Translations under genes and position numbers: made by a program
The notes under the pieces: generated by a model
Told to the model about the DNA's origin: nothing
Database searches by the model: none
The model's input: only the letters and a program-made list of their open reading frames with translations
In this document: positions 56,951 through 64,000 of the stretch, one piece after another
Layout: the number at the start of each line of letters is the position of its first letter
Position numbering within the stretch: position 1 is the stretch's first letter
From: Candidatus Marinacidobacterales bacterium
Lineage (GTDB): Bacteria > Acidobacteriota > Vicinamibacteria > Marinacidobacterales > SMYC01
Assembly (NCBI GenBank): GCA_965224085.1
Contig: CBDCYI010000009.1
Span: 640,001-704,000, forward strand
DNA: 64,000 nt
Direction: 5' to 3'

Positions 56951-57186
56951 TTGTTTCTTGCGCCCAAGGCCTCAGCGAGGTCATCCGGAAGCTCATCGAA
57001 GTCTGGCGCGATTTGGATCTTTCCACGCAAACCGCCAGGTTCGCGGGGTTGCTCCGCCTTCTTGTACGCTTTCAAGATCGCGACGGGCCGGCCGGCGCGG
57101 CAGATGATGATTTCTCGCCCCTCGGAGGCCTTGTCGATGAGCTCCGAAAGACTCGCTTTCGCTTCTGATACTGTGTTGACAACCAT
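56947..57186 (-). CDS. Phd/YefM antitoxin
   Basis: EAKASLSELI...GREIII...GRPVA; 16-bp palindrome AGACCAGATCTGGTCT upstream at 57199-57214. Confidence 0.9.
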   Translation of the reverse strand: MVVNTVSEAKASLSELIDKASEGREIIICRAGRPVAILKAYKKAEQPREPGGLRGKIQIAPDFDELPDDLAEALGARNK

Positions 57187-57574
57187 AAGAATCTCATAAG
57201 ACCAGATCTGGTCTGGTCTTGTGTGAGTCTATTTAAAAAGCCATTTAGATGCAACTCTTATCCTGCTTCCGAAGCACTGTGAATGTCGAGCTGGAACCAC
57301 ACATTGTTCCGCGTGGTTGGGACGTTGTCTCGGAAGGATGGCGATACGCAAAAGCCGTGAACTCGAGATAGAATCTCGCGAATAGATGCTGGAGCCCTGA
57401 TTTGAGCGCCGCAAGCGCACGGGGGGCGGGTGTCGAAACCGTGAGGAGATGGCCATGGCACCCTTGTTTCTGTTGTTCCTGACTATCGCTGGCGCCCGCG
57501 TTGCCGCTACGCCTGCACGACGCAAAGGACGCAAGTGCGAAGGTCTACGAATATTTCAGCGTGTTCAACGAAAG

Positions 57575-57934
57575 GGCAAACAGAAAATCGCGCATGAGAT
57601 CTATGCGACGCCTCTTCACATCGGTGGTGGAACGGGCCATCGGGTTCTCGCCGATGCGGACGCGGCCGTCCAGAATCTAATCAACCTTTACGAGCAGATC
57701 GACGCGCAAGGATGGAAAGAATCACGCATCAAGGACGTCGTCGTCTGCTTGGCGTCCGAAAGCCTGGCGTTTGTGGACACCCAATATTCACGCCTCGACG
57801 ACAACGGCACACCGATCCCACCAACGCTCAGAACGAATCTGTACGTGCTGCAGAAGCTCGACGGCGACTGGAGAATCGTCGCGTTTTACAGCCACGACTC
57901 CGACAAGCGACCCGGCTGCGAGCCCACAGAATAA
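57575..57934 (+). pseudogene. NTF2-like protein, 5'-truncated
   Basis: C-terminal YVLQKLDGDWRIVAF; upstream part of the ORF is unrelated. Confidence 0.5.
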
Positions 57935-58366
57935 TTGGGCTCCGAAATCGACTCTTAGCGGCTAACAAGCGAAAACTCACCGGAACACTCACACCCCAAT
58001 GGTGGTGTCGTCAGTGGAAACGGTCTAGCTTTGGGTGGCGACGGAAGCCAACCTGAACGGGAGTGCCGGAGTGAGGATTCGAAGCTTGTTGGAACACGAT
58101 CTCTTTTGGGGCGCAGGTCTGGGCGCGGCCGTTGTCCTATGTATTCAAATTCGCACGTGGATCGGTCTCGGGCTGACCTATTGGACGTTTACCTTGACCT
58201 ACGTGCTGGTTGTTGTTTTCGCCGTGCTCGGAGCACGTTCGCTGCGCAAGCGCTCGGCGGGGTCGCCGGGCATCGGACGCACCGTCGTCTTGATAGCGCT
58301 CATGATCCTCGTGTCCAGAGTGATCTATCAAACGTACATGTTCATCTATTTGACCTACGGGTAAAT

Positions 58367-59170
58367 CATGACACGCTTGATGGCCATGCTAGCCCTCGCA
58401 TTTGCAGCGGCGCGGTAGGCGAAGAGCTCCCGGACAAGGAGCTCGTCGACCACATTCGCGAATAAATTGATCAGGGCAAGTATGTCGGCGTCATCGTCGG
58501 CCTCATCGATGGCGATCGTACGATCGTTCAAAGCTTCGGCGAGACGGCGAAGGGCTCCGGCAGGGCTCCGAACGAGCGTACTTTGTTCGAGATCAGCTCG
58601 ATCTCGAAAACATTGGTCGCGACGATTCTTGCGGATGTCGCGGTCCGAACCGATTTGGAGCTTACCGATCCGGTGCGCGATTACCTACCGAGCGGTGTGC
58701 GGCTCGCCGCTATGGACGGGCAAGAAGCGACGCTCGAAGATTTGGCGGTACATACGGCCGGGCTTCCCTACTTGCCGGAAGACTACGAAGCGCCGGAGGG
58801 ATTGAACCCGCACTCGGGCTACAACTCGGACGATCTGTGGCGTTCCGTCAACGCGTTCTCGCCGACGACGCCAGCGGGCCAGGAGCACAGCTATTCGGCC
58901 TTCGGCTTCGGAATCCTGACCCACGTTCTTTCGTTGCACACGGGGCACTCCTTCGGCGGGCTGCTGCGGATCCACATCACGGATCCGCTCGGTTTGGAGG
59001 ATACCGTGCTCGAGCCCGGCTTCGAGCAGCGGCGATGGTTGGCGACCGGCTACGACACGGAAGGCAACATGGCGCCGTACATGGACCAGGGAGCCTTCCA
59101 GGGCGCGGGGTCGTTGTTCTCGACGCTCGCCGACATGCTCGTCTACGTGAAGGCGAACATGGCGAGCTGA
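58367..59170 (+). pseudogene. Serine hydrolase (beta-lactamase family), broken and truncated
   Basis: FEISSISK, HTAGLP, YSAFG, GSLFST; frameshifted 5' part and early stop. Confidence 0.8.
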
Positions 59171-59247
59171 AGCGTCCGTAGAATAGAACTTGGCGGCGCA
59201 AAATAGCGCGTTTGCGGGCTTCGACCCGTTTGGCAACAATCATCGGT

Positions 59248-61038
59248 ATGCGCGAAACCCCGCGAAGTAGGCTCGCGACGCTCCTCGCGTCGAAGCGGAT
59301 AGGATGGATTGCGGTAGGCGTCGCCGTCGTTTTGAACCTGCCCTCGATCCCCACGGGCTGGTACTTGGACGATCTGGTGCATCGAGCACAGTTTCTGGAA
59401 ATCGGTCCGATGACCGATTCCTCGAACATGACAGACCGAATGTTCGACTTTCTCTCCGGTGACCCGGAACAGATTTTGTCGTACAAAGAAATCGGCGTTC
59501 TTCCCTGGTGGACGGACGACACGCTGAAGATTCGCTTTTGGCGGCCGTTGTCTTCGCTCACCCACGTCGTGGATTACACGCTCTGGCCCGATCGGTCTGG
59601 TTGGATGCACGTTCACAACCTCGCATGGCTCGCGCTTCTGATCGGCGCGACCGCAGCGATCTACCGGCGACTGATCGCGATACCTTGGGTCGCTGGGCTT
59701 GCGGCTTTGCTCTACGCGCTCGATGATGCTCACGGCATGCCGGTCGCCTTCCTCGCGAACCGGAACGCGCTCGTGGCAACCGGCTTTGGAGTGCTCAGCC
59801 TGTGGTGTCACGATCGTGCTCGTCGCGACGGATGGACGCCTGGAGCGGCGCTCAGCCCCATGGCCTTCCTGGCCGCGCTTCTCGGAGGCGAGAGTGGAAT
59901 TGGCGCTGCTCCGTATCTGCTCGGCTATGCACTATTTCTGGAGCGAAAGTCCGGCGTCGCGCGTTTCGCGTCGATCGCTCCCCACGCGCTCGTCGGAATC
60001 GTCTGGCTCGCCGTGTACAAGATCAGCGGTTACGGAACTGCTGGAAGCGGCTTCTACCTCGATCCGGTCGCGGAGCCCGCGGCATGGTTTGCGCAATTTC
60101 TAATCCGAGCGCCACTACTCCTTCTCGGCCAGTGGTTCCTACCACCGTCGAGCTTTGCCTTCGCGTGGAACGAAGCGCAAACGTTGAGCGTCGCTATCTT
60201 CGCCGTCGCGTTCCTCGGGGTGCTTTTTCTCTTTCTGCGGCCTCTCCTGCGCGAGGATGCGACCGCGCGCTTCTTCACGTTCGGAATGCTGGTTTCCGTC
60301 GTTCCGATCACGGCGGGCTTCCCTCATGACCGGCTGTTGTTCTTCGTCGGGGTCGGCGCCATGGGCCTGCTTGCGATGCTGCTGGCTCGCCTCCTCGACC
60401 GCTCGCTATCGCCTTTTTTGGGTCGCGTCTTTGCTTGGGTCTTGATTGTCGTACATGTCGTGCTTGCACCGGCTCTTCAGTTGTTGATGAACGCGTCCAT
60501 CGCGGCGCAGGAGCCGCTTTACGCCGACGCACCGAGAAGCCTCCCGTCTGATTCTCGACTCGAATCGCAACGGCTCCTGATCGTCAACCACCCATTGAGC
60601 TTTTACGGTCAATACTCGCTCGTCGTCCCGAGATTCGATGGGCGCGCCGCGCCCGCGTCCATGCTGATGCTCGCGCCGGGAGATTCATCCCTCGTGGTTG
60701 AGCGGCCTTCGAAAGACACACTGTTGATCGAAGCCGAGAGCGGTTGGATGGGCACGTCGTTCGACATCCTGTACCGTGCTCGCACGCGATCGTTTCCGCC
60801 GGATTACCGCGTGACGCTTTCAGATGTTCGGATCGCCGTGGTGGAGTGGATGGACGACGGCCGCCCCAAAAAAGTGCGGTTCACGTTCGAGCGTGAGCTC
60901 GAGGACGCAAGGTTCAGATGGGTAGTCTTCGAAGACGGGCGCTACGTTCCGTTCGAGCTCCCGGGCGTTGGTGAGCGGGCCACGCTAGAGGAAGTTCCTT
61001 TCGATCTTTTGCAACCGGACGCGAGGGCTTCGTCCTAG
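59248..61038 (+). CDS. Polytopic membrane protein, GT-C-like
   Basis: LDD after the first TM, FWRPLS, many TMs, DRLLF. Confidence 0.7.
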   Translation: MRETPRSRLATLLASKRIGWIAVGVAVVLNLPSIPTGWYLDDLVHRAQFLEIGPMTDSSNMTDRMFDFLSGDPEQILSYKEIGVLPWWTDDTLKIRFWRPLSSLTHVVDYTLWPDRSGWMHVHNLAWLALLIGATAAIYRRLIAIPWVAGLAALLYALDDAHGMPVAFLANRNALVATGFGVLSLWCHDRARRDGWTPGAALSPMAFLAALLGGESGIGAAPYLLGYALFLERKSGVARFASIAPHALVGIVWLAVYKISGYGTAGSGFYLDPVAEPAAWFAQFLIRAPLLLLGQWFLPPSSFAFAWNEAQTLSVAIFAVAFLGVLFLFLRPLLREDATARFFTFGMLVSVVPITAGFPHDRLLFFVGVGAMGLLAMLLARLLDRSLSPFLGRVFAWVLIVVHVVLAPALQLLMNASIAAQEPLYADAPRSLPSDSRLESQRLLIVNHPLSFYGQYSLVVPRFDGRAAPASMLMLAPGDSSLVVERPSKDTLLIEAESGWMGTSFDILYRARTRSFPPDYRVTLSDVRIAVVEWMDDGRPKKVRFTFERELEDARFRWVVFEDGRYVPFELPGVGERATLEEVPFDLLQPDARASS

Positions 61039-61444
61039 GCCTAGGACGGGGTGCGTCGCCATCACTAGCTTTGAGGAAACTGAAGCGAACCTCGCTAGGA
61101 TCTACGCCGTGCTACATTTTGATTTCCGTATAGTGCGGAGCTAGCGAGATGGCCAACCTGGCAATCACGATCGACGACAAACGGCAGGAGGCTGCCACCG
61201 TCGAGCTCTGACAACGCCGCTAAGCGCGAGGACCCTTTTGCTACCATTGGTAACACCTTGCGCGCGCAGCGTCTCCGTTTCCGCGCCACCACCACGCTGC
61301 GATTCTCACCCCTCGGCTCAGGCGAGCCAGCTACACTAGCCTCGGGTCAAGTCCTGGATGTAAGCGACGAGTCACCGCCTTTTCGTCCGCGTCTGATATC
61401 CTCGACCGGCTCGATACCCACTACTGAAACCCGGAACCAAGCTC

Positions 61445-61595
61445 GGCAGCTACGAAGTCGTCGCCCCATTGGCAAAGGCGGCATGAGTGAGGTTTACAAA
61501 GCCCGCGACACACGGCGAGACCGTACGGTCGCGATCAAAGTCCTTCCATCGGAGCTCTCGCAGAACGAAGCGCTTCGTCAACGCTTCGAGCGGGA
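61445..61595 (+). pseudogene. Ser/Thr kinase N-terminal remnant
   Basis: IGKGGMSEVYKARDT...VAIKVL...RFERE. Confidence 0.85.
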
Positions 61596-61607
61596 GCGCT
61601 TTTCTGA

Positions 61608-61997
61608 TCATGGAGAGCGCCGGCCCGCCGCCTTTGGACCGTCATCCAGAACTGGATCGAGCGGTGAGCGTTGGCCGCTAACTCCGGTCCCAGCTCCGCC
61701 GGTTGGACGGCGGCGCAAGTCGATGAGGTAAAATACGTTATCGGACGAGGCGCGGCGATGCTGAGCCACGGCTTTGTACTCGGGAGATTTTTTCCACTCT
61801 CGGGCTTGCTCGGCAGACGGAAACTCGATGAGCATGACTCGAGGATAGGGCGCATCGCCCTCCAGAACCTCCGCAGGATCCGCGACACTCAGAAGCTTCC
61901 CGGAAAACGCCTCCGTTGTGAGTTCCACGCCAGCGAGGTAGTGTTGAAACCGCTCCATGCGGTGCACGCGTCCGAGCACGATCACATAAGCCGCCAT
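61608..61997 (-). CDS. DUF1330-family protein with aberrant C-terminal extension
   Basis: MAAYVIV...LEG...IEFPSAEQA...SPEY. Confidence 0.75.
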   Translation of the reverse strand: MAAYVIVLGRVHRMERFQHYLAGVELTTEAFSGKLLSVADPAEVLEGDAPYPRVMLIEFPSAEQAREWKKSPEYKAVAQHRRASSDNVFYLIDLRRRPTGGAGTGVSGQRSPLDPVLDDGPKAAGRRSP

Positions 61998-62016
61998 CTG
62001 TCGCCTCCTCGCTCAC

Positions 62017-62436
62017 TCAGGTGTCGAGAACCATCCGGAGTGGCTTGCGCTCGCGGGTCCGGTATGCCGAGAATCCTCGACGATCGAGCGTGAGAATATC
62101 CCGAACCCGCAGCGCTTCGGCAAGAAGCAAGAGCGTCGCGTCTGCGAGGTCCATGGGTGTATCGCGGTACTGCTCGATTAGAGAGACGGCCGCGTGAAGT
62201 TCCTGAGCGCCGCAGAAGTTGTACACGTCCGCGCCACTCTCTGAAACAAACTCAGCCAGTCGCCGGGGACCGCTCCGAGCAGAAGCTACGAAGTACATCG
62301 CTTCGGTAACGACCGCACTCGTGGTGGCCAGTCCTCCAGCGAATGACTCGAGGCGCGACCCAACCCGCTCGTGATCGGGGTCGGTTGCATCCAGGTAGGC
62401 CACGATCGGACCCGTGTCGATGAGCCAGATTCTCAC
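62017..62436 (-). CDS. vapC: PIN-domain toxin
   Basis: LIDTGP, MDLADATL, TLDRRGF. Confidence 0.9.
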   Translation of the reverse strand: MRIWLIDTGPIVAYLDATDPDHERVGSRLESFAGGLATTSAVVTEAMYFVASARSGPRRLAEFVSESGADVYNFCGAQELHAAVSLIEQYRDTPMDLADATLLLLAEALRVRDILTLDRRGFSAYRTRERKPLRMVLDT

Positions 62437-62666
62437 GAGCGCCAGTTGCGCTTGCGAATTTCCCGACGCCAGGAGTCGGTGCTCTTTTTCGACAGCGAGA
62501 GACTACCTTTTAGCTTGGAAATTCTCTCTTTCAGAGGGCGTTTGATGAGCGTGCTTTCCAGAATGTCTCGGACGCACTGAGACAGACTTTTGCCTTGCTC
62601 CGCCGCCTTCTTCTCGAGCGCTTCCCGCAGAGCAGGGTCCGTGCGGATCGTTAGCGTCGTACCCAT
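62433..62666 (-). CDS. RHH/CopG antitoxin, probably leaderless
   Basis: TLTIR...GKSLSQCVR; TTGCAA-N17-TACGAT-N7-ATG. Confidence 0.85.
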   Translation of the reverse strand: MGTTLTIRTDPALREALEKKAAEQGKSLSQCVRDILESTLIKRPLKERISKLKGSLSLSKKSTDSWRREIRKRNWRS

Positions 62667-62894
62667 GTATTACATCGTACGACGCTCGGTGTTGACTTGC
62701 AACCAAGCTGTCAGCGTGCTCAGCGTAAGCTCTCGGCCACGCCCTTCACGGTCTCCGCGAGTGAGTGCAGTCGCGCCTGGCTGCGTCCGCTAGCGGCGGC
62801 GCTATCGCCTTCGAGCTCGGTGGCCAGAGCGTCGAGCTGGCTCGAAGTCGGGCCACTATCCTGCGTGTCGTCGGCAAGCATCCGATCAGCACGA

Positions 62895-63764
62895 TCGATG
62901 TCCCAAACTTCGAGATTGGCGTTGTGAACCGTGACACCCGCGTCACGCAGACGCTTGACGCTCTCCATCGGTTGCGATTCCGATGGGGATGCGGTTGCCG
63001 ATGCGCTCGCGGATGGCTTCGATGTAAGGAAGATTGAAGTCCGTCGCGTTGTCGGGCCCGCGCTGCACCTTTCGGAGGATCGAGCCGCCCGTCATGATGA
63101 TGGTGATGAGACTGTGCTCGGGACGGGTCTCGCGCGCCATCTCTCCAATGACCGCGACGACTTTTACTGGGTCTTTGATCGCGTCGGCGGTGACCTGATC
63201 GCCGGTCAATGCACGCAGCTCTCGGACGTGATTGTTGATGTCGCAGAACTTGCACTCCTCCTGATCACCCCTGTAATGGCAGACCCGGAAAGTGGTGATG
63301 AACGCGTAGTGATTGTAGAGAAGCGGGATGACCTGCTCGTAAAGCGTTCCGTCCTCGCATCGTTTGCCCTAGTAGGACGGCTTCTCGGGAAAACTTGCTT
63401 CCGCAACGGGCGTGCCGTTCTCGCAAATCGTTGGCTTTCCCTCGACGACATCGATCGCGTAAGGCGATTTCGTCGAGAGCACGACCCGCACCGAAGTCGG
63501 GCGCAGACCATACGGACCTCCGTGGAAGCGGATGTCCTCGGGCGCTTTCGTGCTCACTCCGTCCGCCAACTCGTCGTGCGATGAGATGTTGTAGGAAAAA
63601 AAATAGTAGGCTTGCTCGCGGCAACCTTTCGAAAGCTCCATAGCGTCCCGGGTGACGTTCAGGCCGAGACGAAGGAGGTCTTCTTTGAGAATGACCTCTT
63701 CGGGAACGTCGGGATCTTTCTTCGCGTAACTCTCCACGGTGGGAAGCGTCGTTGTTGTGGCCAT
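62895..63764 (-). pseudogene. Radical SAM protein (CX8CX2C), broken
   Basis: CHYRGDQEECKFC, MTGG, NLEVWD; in-frame TAG at 63369, frameshift near 62968, 3' truncation. Confidence 0.75.
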
Positions 63765-63781
63765 TCCGTTGACTCCTCGGC

Positions 63782-64000
63782 CTATGCGGGTGGCTTCCAG
63801 TCCGGTAGCAGAATGCCGAACACGTAGCTGGGTTCATCGCACCGGAGCACCTCGAAGCAGTGCCGCACCCCGGGCGGGATGAAGACGGCGAAGGGCGATG
63901 CGACGTCGAACGTCTCACCGTCCATCTCGACGCGCACGACCACGCTTCCGCGCTCTTCGGAAGCGGCTAAATAAATCTCGGGGCGATCGTGCACGTGCGG
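63782..64000 (-). CDS. Cupin-like protein, 5' part outside window
   Basis: PHVHDRPEIY...FIPPGVRH. Confidence 0.65.
   Translation of the reverse strand, partial: PHVHDRPEIYLAASEERGSVVVRVEMDGETFDVASPFAVFIPPGVRHCFEVLRCDEPSYVFGILLPDWKPPA

Noticed and set aside
57958-57975. GGCTAACAAGCG as the start of an integron attC
   Set aside because: No matching hairpin or GTTRRRY partner, and no integron integrase in the window

Overview
GC-rich bacterial DNA, most likely Acidobacteriota (inferred from GWxTD, VPS10/BNR, kinase-TolB and DnaJ-TPR gene content). The left 29 kb is an IS-saturated island ending at a tRNA-Ser(GCT). It holds a type I RM hsdR, three copies of a ~0.3 kb integrative-element end, two headless inverted IS110 copies and an intact IS1111-group IS110 whose bridge/seek-RNA guides can be read from the sequence and whose 3' 565 bp are tandemly duplicated. 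It also holds three IS5/IS903-like copies (one interrupted by an IS200), IS256/IS91/integrase-core remnants, FitAB, an EcsC fusion containing 40 consecutive A/T-ending codons, an S10 peptidase and a VPS10-M24 peptidase operon. The right 35 kb carries housekeeping genes (amrB, M20 amidohydrolase, rnpB, epimerase, M23 peptidase, gcvTHP, nitrilase), IS91 and IS1634 elements, a candidate structured ncRNA and three PIN toxin-antitoxin pairs. Many genes are broken by abrupt junctions or single-base indels, which reflects real erosion, assembly artefact or both. All family calls come from motif recognition by eye; no database searches were run.
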